From assembly GCA_050257855.1 (NCBI GenBank), contig JBLMXQ010000028.1, positions 241-64,240 on the forward strand: a stretch of DNA of 64,000 nucleotides, written 5' to 3'. This document shows positions 20,001 through 28,632 of the stretch, piece after piece. The notes below the pieces were generated by a model. That model was not told the origin of the DNA. It did no database searches and was given only the letters and a program-made list of their open reading frames with translations. The first letter of the stretch is position 1, and the number at the start of each line of letters is the position of its first letter. The DNA comes from Betaproteobacteria bacterium. GTDB taxonomy: Bacteria > Acidobacteriota > Vicinamibacteria > Vicinamibacterales > CAVVIG01. The translations under genes and the position numbers were made by a program.

Positions 20001-23000
20001 ACCGACGGGAGCGGCGGCTTCGACTTCGACTTCGTTCCGCGCGTCGGCACCTTCACGATCACGGCGCAGCATCCCGTGACGAGCGACCTGGCCACGATCT
20101 CGGCGCGCATCCGCGGGGCCGGCGAGCAGCTGCTCGTCAACCCCACGTTCCTCGGACGCGGCACCGTCCGGGGACGGGTCATCGGGCCCGACGGCGCGAC
20201 GCCGGTCGCCAATATCCTGGTGGCGCTGATCCCGGGCTCCGTGCTCGGCACGAGTGGGTTCCAGGCGCGCACCAACGCGCTCGGAGAGTTCACCTTCACC
20301 GAGGTGCCGGTCGGCGTCTTCACGCTGAGCGCGGCCGATGGCGCCGGCGCGTTCGGCCAGGCGACCGGTCTGATTGCCCGCGGCGGAGACGCCATCAGCC
20401 AGGATCTCGGGCTCGTCACGCAGCCCCAGGAAGACGGTCGGCTCCTCGGCCGCGTCTTCCAGAGCGACGGCGCCACGCCGGCCGCGGGGTTCACCGTCTA
20501 CGTCGGCACCTACCACCGCGACGACGGAACGATCGCCGCCGTCGACCAGACCGAGACCGACGCGACCGGCTCGTTTGCCTTCAGCCGCACGCTTCCGCCC
20601 GCCGGCTACGACGTGGTCGCCGTCGATCCTGCCAGCGGACAGCTCGGCGCGGCGCATGCCGATGTCGTCGCGAGGACGACGAGCTCGGTGTCGATCGTCC
20701 TCGAGGCGGTCGGGACGGTCGAAGGCGTCGTCTTCAACGGACGCGGCGAGCCGGTGAAGGGCGCCGTCGTCGCCGGCGGCGTCGCGCTCGTGACGACCGA
20801 CGCGAACGGCCTGTTCCGGATCGACGGCGTGCCCGCCGGCACGAAGACGATCGAGGCCGGCGACCCGGTGACGCGGCGGCGCGGGTCGGCGGACGTGACG
20901 GTGCTGCCGGGCCAGACCGTCAGCGCGTCGATCACCCTCGAGTCGCGCGCGACGATCACCGGCCGCGTCCTCGACGCGAACGGCAATCCGGTGCCGGGCG
21001 CGTCGGTCCGCATCCCACACATCGGCGGGTTCGATTTCGTGATCGCGAACAACCAGGGCGTGTTCACCTTCCCCGATCTGCCGCTCGGCGACTACCTGAT
21101 CGAGGCGCCCGGACCATCCAAGGAATCACTGATCTCCTTCATGCAGTCAAACGGCATCGACCCGCGGACGGCGTTCACGTCGGGCGACGCGCCGGACGGC
21201 GCTGGCGATCCGACCATCCCGCCGCCGGCTTCGGATCAGAACGCCGTGCTCGCCGCCTACCAGCAGGCGGTGCAGACCTTCTTTTCGGTCCCGGACTCCG
21301 TGCTGGACGCGCTGCCGATGGCGCCGCTCGGGGGATTCGGCTGGAACAAGGTGTCGCTGTTCCAGGACGCCGCGACGATCGTCGCCGACGTGAAATTCCT
21401 GCCCCAGGGTACGGTTTCGGGACGGACGCTCGACGCCGCCGGCAACCCGACCGGCGCGGTGGTGCGCGTCAGCTCGCTGAGAGTCACCAACACCGGAGCG
21501 CCCGGATTCGGCGAGCTGTCGCGAGTCAACACCGACCCGGCCACGGGCGCGTTTTCCTTCGGGGGCATCGCGCGCTTCGACCTGGCGACGTTCCAGACAG
21601 CGGCCGTCCGCGCCGGCGATCTGACGCTGGAGGCGGCGAACCCCTTCAGCCCGATCCACCCGCAGTTCCGGGGCCAGCTGTCGACCGCCACGCCGGATCT
21701 CGCCGACGTCGTGCTGCAGTTCCCGGCGGCCGGCGACACCAATGGCACCATCTCCGGCCGGGTGTTCCAGCCGGATGGCGTGACGCCGGCGCCCGCCGGC
21801 ACGCAGGTCGCCATTGGCTTCGGCGACCTCGCCGTCACGACCGACGCGGACGGCACGTTCCGAAGCCTGCTGCCGATTCCAGCCGGCACGTACACCGTCA
21901 CGGCGCGGCAGCCGAATGGCCTTCGCGGCCAGACGATGGCCGTCGTCCCGGCGGGCGGGAACGTCGACGTGCAGATGCGCGTGCTCGGCCTGGGCGTCGT
22001 GACGGTCACCGTGAAGCGCTCCAACGGAACGCCGGTCGGAAACGCAGCGGTGTCGCTGCTCCGCGGCAGCTTCCCTGCCGATCGAGCTCAGGGCACCACG
22101 GACCAGAACGGCGTCGCGCGCTTCGTCAACATCTCCGAGGGACCGTTCAGCGTCGAGGTGCAGGAGGCGGTCACCGGTCTGGGCGGCCGCGCGAGCGGCA
22201 ACATCCTTCGCGACGGCGACCTCGCCGTCCCGGTCGTCCTGGCGGCGTCAGGGGTGGTCACCGGCACGTTCCTGCCGGCGACCGGCACGACGCCGATCGC
22301 CTTCGCGCAGATCGCGCTCGCCTCGAACGGGCTGCAGGCGTACGCGAGTACCGACGCGAACGGCCGCTTTGCGTTTGCAGCCATCCCCGTCGGCCCGTTC
22401 ACGCTCGACGGATTCGATCCGGCCACCAATCGCCGCGGCCGCGCGACCGGCACCCTGCAGTTCGAGGGCCAGGCCGTCGACGTCACGATCCTCGAGGCGC
22501 CGCGCGGCACGGTAACCGGCGTCGTCGTCACCGCGGACGGCGTGACGCCGGTTCCGGCGGCGCGCGTCTCGCTGCGCGGATCGAGCTTCGTCGAGACCGC
22601 GCTGCAAGCGACGGCGCTCGCCGACGGCAGCTTCCGCTTCGACGGGGTGCCCGCGGGCACGTTCACGCTCGAAGCGACCGATCCGGTCAGCGGCTTCAGC
22701 GGCGCCGCCAAGGGTCAAATCGCCTTCGAAGGCGACACGGCTGCGGTGAACGTGCCGCTGGCGCCGTTCGGGTCGATCCACGCCACGGTCTTCGCGGTCG
22801 ACGGCCAGCCGGTGCCGAACGCCTCGGTCAGCGCGGCGGGCCGCCAGGCAGCGGTCGATACGAACGGCGAGTTCACGTTCGAGCACCTTGCTCTCGGCAG
22901 CTACCAGGTCGTCGCCCGATCGCTCGCCGACTCGAACGACGGCGGCGATGCGACCGTGAAGCTGGATGCGCCGAACCAGGTGGCCGAGGCCGCGATTCAT

Positions 23001-26000
23001 CTCCGCGGCGTCGGCAGTGTGGCGGCGACCGTCGTCTCCTCGTCGGGCACCGGCACCGTCGCGGGCGCGAAGGTGACGCTGCAGGCGCTCGGCGCGTCGG
23101 GAACGACACGCCCGGGCCCGCTGGCGACGACGCTGACGGCATTCACCGACGCCCAGGGCATCGCGACGTTCCCGAGCGTACCCGTCGGCGACTTCTCCGT
23201 CCGCGCGGAGGCCGCCGCCCTCGCCGGCATTGGCAACGGCACCATCGCCGCCGCGGGCGCCAGCGTCGCCGTTCAGGTGCAGCTCGGCGCGTCGGGAACG
23301 GTCGCCGGGCGCGTGCTCCTGTCGGACGGCGTCACAGCCGCGGCCGGCGCGTTCGTCACGCTCCGATTTCAGTCTCAGAGCACCCTTCAGACCGGCGTGC
23401 TGCAGGTCACCACCGACCTGACCGGTGCCTTCGAATTCGCGGGCATCCCGCTCGGCCCGTTCTCGGTGTCGGCGATCGAGGTCGTGACGAGCGGCGTCCG
23501 CTCGGCGAGCGGCACGATTGCGGGCGGCGGTCAGCGTGTCGACCTCGGCACGCTGATTCTCGACAACGCGGCGCCGCGCGTGGTCGACGTCACGCCCGCC
23601 GATCGAAGCGGGAACGTGGACGCCCGGAGCCCCATTGTCGTGACGTTCAGCGAGCCGATTGACGCGAACGCCATCTCAACCGCCGTGGGCGGCAACGTCG
23701 CGCTGCTCGAAGGTTCGAGCCCGGTTCCGCTGGGCGCCGCCGAGTTCTCCGGGGACGGGCTCACGCTGACGCTTCGGCCGACGCGCGATCTCGCCAGCGG
23801 CGCGCTCGAGACCCTCACCATCCGCGGCGCACCGGATGGGCCGAAGGACCTGTCGGGATTCACGATGCTCGATCCCGTCCTCAGCACGTTCACGGTGCGC
23901 GATTCGGTGCCGCCGACCGTCGTGTCGGTATCGCCGCCCGCAGGCGCGGTGCAGGTCGGGCCGGATGCGGTCGTGCGCGTGACCTTCTCCGAGCCCGTGC
24001 TCGGGGCGACGGTGACGATCCACGACGACACCAACGCGCCGATCGCCGGGACGATCACGCTCGCCGGCGGCGGGACCGTCGCGATCTTCACGCCGACAGA
24101 CTTCCTGCGGACCAACGCGGGCTATACGGTCACCGTGTCGAACGTGTCCGATACCGCCGGGAATCCACTGGTCGGCGGCGGCTTCAGCTCGGCCTTCGCC
24201 ACCGTCGACACGATTGCGCCGGTCATTGCGAATGTCGAAGTCGTCGGCACGCCGCGTGCGGGCGCCTCCATCACCCTGCATCCCACGATCGCCGCTGCCG
24301 ACGTCCAGCGGGTCGAGTTCACGCTCGGAGAGGCGGCGCCGGCCGTCGCGCTCCAGTCGCCGTTCGATGCGGCGCTCGCGCTTCCGAGCGGCGTCCCCGC
24401 CGCCACGGTGACGGCGGTCGCCTTCGACCAGGTCGGCAACCGTTCGAACCCGTTCCAGCTCACGGTAGCGATTCAACCGAACCAGCCTCCAGTCGTCACG
24501 CTGACGAACGTCGCCGGCGCGACCACGGTCGGCCAGGGGCAGACGCTCGCGTTCCAGGTGCACGCGACGGACGACGACCCGCTGGCGAAGATCTTCTTCA
24601 GCGCGGTCGGCGCGGTGGCTGTGAGCCAGGTCCAGGCGGCCGCACCCGGTCAGACCGACTTCAGCCAGCAGTTCTCGATCACCATTCCCGCCGGCGCGCC
24701 ATCGAACTCGACCATCACCGTACAGGCGGCCGCCACCGACAGCGCCGGCGGCCAGAGCGTGCCGGCGGCCATCACCCTGAACGTCCGCGACGCCGCGCGT
24801 CCGACGGTCGCCGTGCAGTCGCCGGCCGACAACTCCCTGGTCCTCGCGGGCCAGAACGTCGACGTCGTCGTGGACGCGGCCGACGACGTGGCGCTGTCGA
24901 GCGTGGCGCTGGTGTGCAACCCGGCGCTGGCAGGCTGCGAGTCGCGGGCCATCGCCCCGGGCGTGGCATCGTCGCACCAGACGTTCACCGTGGTCCTGCC
25001 CCCGTCGCTGCAGGCGCCGCAGACGGTGACCTTGTCGATCGTGGCCACGGACACGTCGGGCAACACCGGCACAGCGTCGCGCATCCTGCGCCTGGCCGAC
25101 ACCGTCAGTCCCACCATCACGGCCCTCGAGTCGGCGACGGGCTCGACGCGCGTCGTCCCGGGCGGCACGGCGACGCTGCGCGCAACGGTCGCGGACAACG
25201 TCGGCGTCACCGCCCTGGAGTTCTCGACCCAGGGCGCCGTCACGACGAACGGCGTCTCGCCGGTCGCCCCGGCCGTCGTCAGCGGCCAGGCCGTTCTGTC
25301 GATTCCGATTCCAGCGGATGCGCCGAACGGCCAGACCGTCACCGTCGGCGTCCGCGCGCGCGACGCTGTGAACAACGCGAGCGAACCGGCCTCTCTGACG
25401 CTGACGGTCGGCGACTCGGCGGCGCCGATCCTGACGGTTCTCGAGCCGGCCGACGGCACCACGGCGGCGCCCGGCGGAAGCGTCACCGTGCGCGTCAGCG
25501 CCACCGACGACGTCGGGGTCGCGCGGTTCACCCTGACGGCCAGCGGCGCGTTCAGCTTCAGCGATGGCCGCGACATCTCGCCGGCGACGACGCCCGCCGC
25601 GGCGACGTTCGTCGTGCCGGTACCGGCGGGCGCGCCGGCAGGTCCGTTCACGCTGACGCTCGCCGCCATCGACACCAGCGGCAACCCGAGCGCTCCGGTC
25701 GCACGGGCGCTCAGCGTCACCGACGTCGTGGCGCCACAGGTGCAGGTCGTCGCCCCGGCGCAGGACGCCGCGCTCGATCCGCGCAACCCGGTTGCCGTGA
25801 CCGTCACGGCGACCGACGCGGTGGGCGTCACCGCAATCGACTTCGGCGCGAGCGGGAGCGTGTCGGCTTCGGACACGCGGTCCGTCCAGCCGGCGGCGAC
25901 GTCACGGACCGAGATCTTCACGGTCAACGTGACGCCGATTCCGGCGGCCGGCGGGACGCTGACGCTGAACGCGACGGCGCGCGATGCCGCGGGAAACAAC

Positions 26001-28613
26001 GGCACGGCGCCCCCGGTGACCATCCGGCTGACCGACGTCGTCGCACCCGACGTCGTCTCCACCGCTCCCGCGGGCGGCGCGACCGGGGTCGATCCGCAGA
26101 CGGCCATCGTCGCCAGGTTCAGCGAGCCGATGAATCCGGCGACGCTGAACGCGGCGTCGATTCAGCTCCAGCGGGCCGGCGCGGCCGTGCCGGCGTCGCT
26201 GGCCGTCAGCGGGAACGACGACGTCGTGACGCTGACGCCCACGGCGCAACCCCTGGCGCCCAACGCGACGTTCACCCTGATCGTCACGACCGCGGCCACC
26301 GATCGCGCGGGCAATCCGCTCGCGGCTGTCCGCACGTTCACGTTCACGACGGCGTCGCCGGACACGACACCGCCGACGGTTGCCTCGATCGTCCCAGCCG
26401 ACGGTTCGGCCGGCGTGTCGCTGGCCACGAGCATCACGGTGACGTTCAGCGAGGCGATCGACCCGTCGACGGTCACCGCGCAGTCGTTTGCGGTTCACAG
26501 CGGGACGACGCCGATCGACGGGACGTTCAGCTTCCTCAACGGCAACAGCGCGGCGCAGTTCACGCCGGCCGCGCCGCTCCCGTCTGACGCCGACGTCACG
26601 ACGGCGCTCACGAGCGGCATCACCGACCTGTTCGGAAACGCGCTCGCCGCCGCCGACGGCTCGCCGCTGACGTCGCCGCTGACGTTCACGTTCCACACCG
26701 GGCAGTTCAGCCTGACGAGTCCGGCCGGACCGGACGTCGTCGAGAACAGCACCGTCGTCCTCGAAGCCCGCGCCAGCGCGAGTCTCGGCGCCACGAGCGT
26801 GGTGTTCACGGTCAACGGCGCCGCCAGGCCGGCCGTGTCGGGCCCGCCGTTCACCACGACGCTTGCCGTCGGCTCGGCAGCTTCGACGCCCACGCTGGAC
26901 ATCGTCGCGAGCGCGCGGAACGCGGGCGGGACGGAAATCGCACGGGACGAGCGCACGGTCGACGTCGTGGTCGGGTTGAAGGTAGCGCCGACGTTCACCG
27001 GCGCGCCGCTCGGCGGTACTCTGGCGCTGACTTTCTCGGTCTCGAGCGCGCTCCCCGACGATCTCCCGATCGCGCTCGCGGCCGGCGATCCGGCGATCGT
27101 CGCCTTCCCGGCGAACCCGGTGATCCTGCCGGCCGGGCAGACAAAGGTGGACGCCACCATCGCCGGCCTGGCGACCGGGGCAACGGCGGTCATCGGCAGC
27201 TCGAGCCACGGCACCGCCGCGGCGATCGTCGCGGTCAGCCCGGTTCAGCCCGGCCAGACGCTGACGCCGGCTTCGGCCCCGGTCGGCGCGTCGCTCTCGA
27301 ACGCGCCGTCGGGAATCGTCGTCGCGCGTGCCGGCACCGGCCAGACGGTGCATCTCGATCTCCTTGGAGCGCCTGCGACCGCGGACACGCCGGTCTCGGT
27401 GGTCTCGACGAACACGGCGGTCGCAACCGCCACTGCGACGACGATTGCGACAGGTCAGACCGCCACCGACGTGCAAATCACGCCGGTCGCCGACGGCGTC
27501 GCCACGATCGTCGTCCGCGTCGGCGACGACGTTCGCAGCCTGACCGTGTTCGTGGGGACGCTGCCGGCGAACCTCCTCCCGCTGATCACGGCGAGACCGG
27601 CCGGGCTGGCGATCTCCAACGCCCCGGGCGCTGGCCAGCTCGTCGCGAGCGCCGGCCGTCAGATCACGGTCAGCGTGCCCCTTCTGACCGCGCCGGCCGG
27701 GGCCGACGCGGTCGTGACCGTCTCGAGCGACAACCCGGCCGTCGCGACCGCCGCCGCTGCGCCGATTCCGGCCGGCCAGACCGCCGCAACGGTGACGGTC
27801 ACGACCGTCGCCGACGGCATCGCGACGCTGACGCTCCGCGCCGGCGCCGACGTCCGTGCGCTGAAGCTGTTCGTCGGCACGCTGCCGCCGAACGTCACGC
27901 CGATCCTGACCGCGAAGCCCGTCGGCCTGAGTCTGGCGTCGCTGCCGAGCCTCGGCCGCCTGTTTGCCCCGCTGGGCGCTTCGCGCACGATCGGCGTCCG
28001 CCTGTTCGACTCGCCGGCTGCCTCCGACATCATCGTCACGGCCACGACCAGCGACCCGAACGTGGCGAACGTCGTCGGACCGGTCGTCGTTCACGCCGGC
28101 GAGCAGATCGCGAACATCGAGCTCGCCACCGGTTCGGGCGGAACCGCCACCCTGACGATCGAGGCCGCGGGCGTCAGGCGCGAGATGACGCTGGTGGTCG
28201 GCGGCAATCCCACGCCGGCCACGACGCCGCCGGTCGTCGCGGCGCCGGCCGGCGTGACGGTCGTTCCGAATCCGTCAATCGGGAGCGTGTTCGGTCAGCT
28301 CGGGACGCCCAGCGCCGCGACGCTCGGCATTCCGCTGCTCGGCGCGCCGGCGGCCGCGGTGGTATCAGTGACGGTCACCAGCAGCAACCCTTCGATCGTC
28401 GCCGTGGGCGGCGGCGCGACAACGACGATTACCATCGGCGCGGGCGAGCAGGTGCTGCAGCTGCCCATCGACATCAGCGGCACCGAAGGAGCGGCGCTCC
28501 TCACGATCGAGTCTGGCGGCGAGCGGCGCGAGCTGCTCGTCGTCGTCGGCAACCCGCCCGCGTCAGCGATCCCGGCGGTCACCGCGCCGATTGTCGGCGT
28601 GCGCATCGGATGA
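17097..28613 (+). CDS. giant secreted repeat protein (3838 aa): signal peptide, ~925-aa N-terminal region of unknown family, ~13 CarboxypepD_reg-like units, SbsA/Big_5-like and cadherin/Ig-like arrays, five C-terminal ~105-aa repeats
   Basis: ATG 17097 lies 7 nt after the upstream TAG; the ORF ends at TGA 28611-28613. The N-terminus MMRKPGWIGAAAASFVVASSVCLEAQQ is signal-peptide-like. It is a long uninterrupted ORF with protein-like repeat structure. Confidence 0.9.
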   Translation: MMRKPGWIGAAAASFVVASSVCLEAQQAPLPPLTRLRFDIIGVRLVVDPPALTVPKNLATQINTSLVLPPGIGDEARDAILALTDGAQVEAELRGPSLPPTRIAVVPGKPIPIPPLAIPGDYFLDGIRLEKGGQTVLDATTSDGRPASTIPIRVINEVLVASVTSKPLSLDDIRSKGIVIDEKNFSAVNFQVAFNIDGKPFTINAPAVLPTPELLKTAPDRQVLVQQISAMNRTLSAALTTLPPEFDRPGLNFSIAALPFFPVDDAGSDPGFTTPPITGLIVIPGNVAFLNQFFSAMLLVANVAPDGTPLVLQDVSGTVTLPTGADHVAGTFDQPGDDPLRLARVDGAGVQPTVPVAQRGPDGKLGTADDVFVIPPQKQGEGEFLIEGLKEGSSQFDIAITATLVGLPSGPVVLQGQAAGAVFVRNPTFAVTLAHPRRVLSGEPYSVYATVTNTSKTPANLVSVNLDPHSITGAQLLSDPTVTFDSIPPGQSAVAKYSLRAQLTGEVTFASFTGDAALGGGIRLETGVDERGVALSANAIVLPQSTDALPASLVAAAQRVLGQAFSVATAPAEALPDGVLFVKRQTVIDRGIELAEAGERVQFGEPLSRVVQDLLLDWLGNASFDEGFDQILRETDAGSALLSEFAAIVAPQAVGGQALDYQRQFAQTTAARDGHLSAIGAAEGGTAAPTMTITRASGGGVGEVEGVPTSSLESGALLELSANSSAASLAIVARPETDHYTIEIDAPASGLYDLGVVVPVGPGDLRQFRFAGIPLDAGGRAQVEVDVPAGSGATLSIDRDGNGVSDGTAAADLVDVTAGPPQLVAARQLASSTLDPGSASDPATYGLLVGALFDAPVTQVSAELKSNYSIDSNAVIGTQLQHNGRLVYLYLQKPIGGLTPRSLTVNGVADSRGNVLPNQTQPIVMSLTDGAHVFGQVRDAGGAGVGGGILELTISSVNGSSFNVAAIRTDGSGGFDFDFVPRVGTFTITAQHPVTSDLATISARIRGAGEQLLVNPTFLGRGTVRGRVIGPDGATPVANILVALIPGSVLGTSGFQARTNALGEFTFTEVPVGVFTLSAADGAGAFGQATGLIARGGDAISQDLGLVTQPQEDGRLLGRVFQSDGATPAAGFTVYVGTYHRDDGTIAAVDQTETDATGSFAFSRTLPPAGYDVVAVDPASGQLGAAHADVVARTTSSVSIVLEAVGTVEGVVFNGRGEPVKGAVVAGGVALVTTDANGLFRIDGVPAGTKTIEAGDPVTRRRGSADVTVLPGQTVSASITLESRATITGRVLDANGNPVPGASVRIPHIGGFDFVIANNQGVFTFPDLPLGDYLIEAPGPSKESLISFMQSNGIDPRTAFTSGDAPDGAGDPTIPPPASDQNAVLAAYQQAVQTFFSVPDSVLDALPMAPLGGFGWNKVSLFQDAATIVADVKFLPQGTVSGRTLDAAGNPTGAVVRVSSLRVTNTGAPGFGELSRVNTDPATGAFSFGGIARFDLATFQTAAVRAGDLTLEAANPFSPIHPQFRGQLSTATPDLADVVLQFPAAGDTNGTISGRVFQPDGVTPAPAGTQVAIGFGDLAVTTDADGTFRSLLPIPAGTYTVTARQPNGLRGQTMAVVPAGGNVDVQMRVLGLGVVTVTVKRSNGTPVGNAAVSLLRGSFPADRAQGTTDQNGVARFVNISEGPFSVEVQEAVTGLGGRASGNILRDGDLAVPVVLAASGVVTGTFLPATGTTPIAFAQIALASNGLQAYASTDANGRFAFAAIPVGPFTLDGFDPATNRRGRATGTLQFEGQAVDVTILEAPRGTVTGVVVTADGVTPVPAARVSLRGSSFVETALQATALADGSFRFDGVPAGTFTLEATDPVSGFSGAAKGQIAFEGDTAAVNVPLAPFGSIHATVFAVDGQPVPNASVSAAGRQAAVDTNGEFTFEHLALGSYQVVARSLADSNDGGDATVKLDAPNQVAEAAIHLRGVGSVAATVVSSSGTGTVAGAKVTLQALGASGTTRPGPLATTLTAFTDAQGIATFPSVPVGDFSVRAEAAALAGIGNGTIAAAGASVAVQVQLGASGTVAGRVLLSDGVTAAAGAFVTLRFQSQSTLQTGVLQVTTDLTGAFEFAGIPLGPFSVSAIEVVTSGVRSASGTIAGGGQRVDLGTLILDNAAPRVVDVTPADRSGNVDARSPIVVTFSEPIDANAISTAVGGNVALLEGSSPVPLGAAEFSGDGLTLTLRPTRDLASGALETLTIRGAPDGPKDLSGFTMLDPVLSTFTVRDSVPPTVVSVSPPAGAVQVGPDAVVRVTFSEPVLGATVTIHDDTNAPIAGTITLAGGGTVAIFTPTDFLRTNAGYTVTVSNVSDTAGNPLVGGGFSSAFATVDTIAPVIANVEVVGTPRAGASITLHPTIAAADVQRVEFTLGEAAPAVALQSPFDAALALPSGVPAATVTAVAFDQVGNRSNPFQLTVAIQPNQPPVVTLTNVAGATTVGQGQTLAFQVHATDDDPLAKIFFSAVGAVAVSQVQAAAPGQTDFSQQFSITIPAGAPSNSTITVQAAATDSAGGQSVPAAITLNVRDAARPTVAVQSPADNSLVLAGQNVDVVVDAADDVALSSVALVCNPALAGCESRAIAPGVASSHQTFTVVLPPSLQAPQTVTLSIVATDTSGNTGTASRILRLADTVSPTITALESATGSTRVVPGGTATLRATVADNVGVTALEFSTQGAVTTNGVSPVAPAVVSGQAVLSIPIPADAPNGQTVTVGVRARDAVNNASEPASLTLTVGDSAAPILTVLEPADGTTAAPGGSVTVRVSATDDVGVARFTLTASGAFSFSDGRDISPATTPAAATFVVPVPAGAPAGPFTLTLAAIDTSGNPSAPVARALSVTDVVAPQVQVVAPAQDAALDPRNPVAVTVTATDAVGVTAIDFGASGSVSASDTRSVQPAATSRTEIFTVNVTPIPAAGGTLTLNATARDAAGNNGTAPPVTIRLTDVVAPDVVSTAPAGGATGVDPQTAIVARFSEPMNPATLNAASIQLQRAGAAVPASLAVSGNDDVVTLTPTAQPLAPNATFTLIVTTAATDRAGNPLAAVRTFTFTTASPDTTPPTVASIVPADGSAGVSLATSITVTFSEAIDPSTVTAQSFAVHSGTTPIDGTFSFLNGNSAAQFTPAAPLPSDADVTTALTSGITDLFGNALAAADGSPLTSPLTFTFHTGQFSLTSPAGPDVVENSTVVLEARASASLGATSVVFTVNGAARPAVSGPPFTTTLAVGSAASTPTLDIVASARNAGGTEIARDERTVDVVVGLKVAPTFTGAPLGGTLALTFSVSSALPDDLPIALAAGDPAIVAFPANPVILPAGQTKVDATIAGLATGATAVIGSSSHGTAAAIVAVSPVQPGQTLTPASAPVGASLSNAPSGIVVARAGTGQTVHLDLLGAPATADTPVSVVSTNTAVATATATTIATGQTATDVQITPVADGVATIVVRVGDDVRSLTVFVGTLPANLLPLITARPAGLAISNAPGAGQLVASAGRQITVSVPLLTAPAGADAVVTVSSDNPAVATAAAAPIPAGQTAATVTVTTVADGIATLTLRAGADVRALKLFVGTLPPNVTPILTAKPVGLSLASLPSLGRLFAPLGASRTIGVRLFDSPAASDIIVTATTSDPNVANVVGPVVVHAGEQIANIELATGSGGTATLTIEAAGVRREMTLVVGGNPTPATTPPVVAAPAGVTVVPNPSIGSVFGQLGTPSAATLGIPLLGAPAAAVVSVTVTSSNPSIVAVGGGATTTITIGAGEQVLQLPIDISGTEGAALLTIESGGERRELLVVVGNPPASAIPAVTAPIVGVRIG
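19880..23570 (+). other. array of ~13 CarboxypepD_reg-like beta-sandwich units in ORF3; bounds approximate
   Basis: Unit starts read by eye: HVFGQVRDAGG, GTVRGRVIGPDGATP, GRLLGRVFQSDGATP, GTVEGVVFNGRGEP, ATITGRVLDANGNPVPGA, GTVSGRTLDAAGNP, GTISGRVFQPDGVTP, VVTVTVKRSNGTP, GVVTGTFLPATGTTP, GTVTGVVVTADGVTP, GSIHATVFAVDGQP, GSVAATVVSSSGTG, GTVAGRVLLSDGVT. Confidence 0.65.
26975..28610 (+). other. five tandem ~105-aa repeats of unrecognised family at the ORF3 C-terminus; bounds approximate
   Basis: Recurring pattern ..[VT]V[ST]S[DST]NP[AS][VI]A..A..PI.AGQTA..V.[IV]T.VADG[IV]AT[IL].[LV]R.G.D.R.L.[LV]FVGTLP.N., for example VVSTNTAVATATATTIATGQTATDVQITPVADGVATIVVRVGDDVRSLTVFVGTLPAN and VSSDNPAVATAAAAPIPAGQTAATVTVTTVADGIATLTLRAGADVRALKLFVGTLPPN. 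Confidence 0.6.
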
Positions 28614-28632
28614 AGGTGAAGAGGAAATAGCC

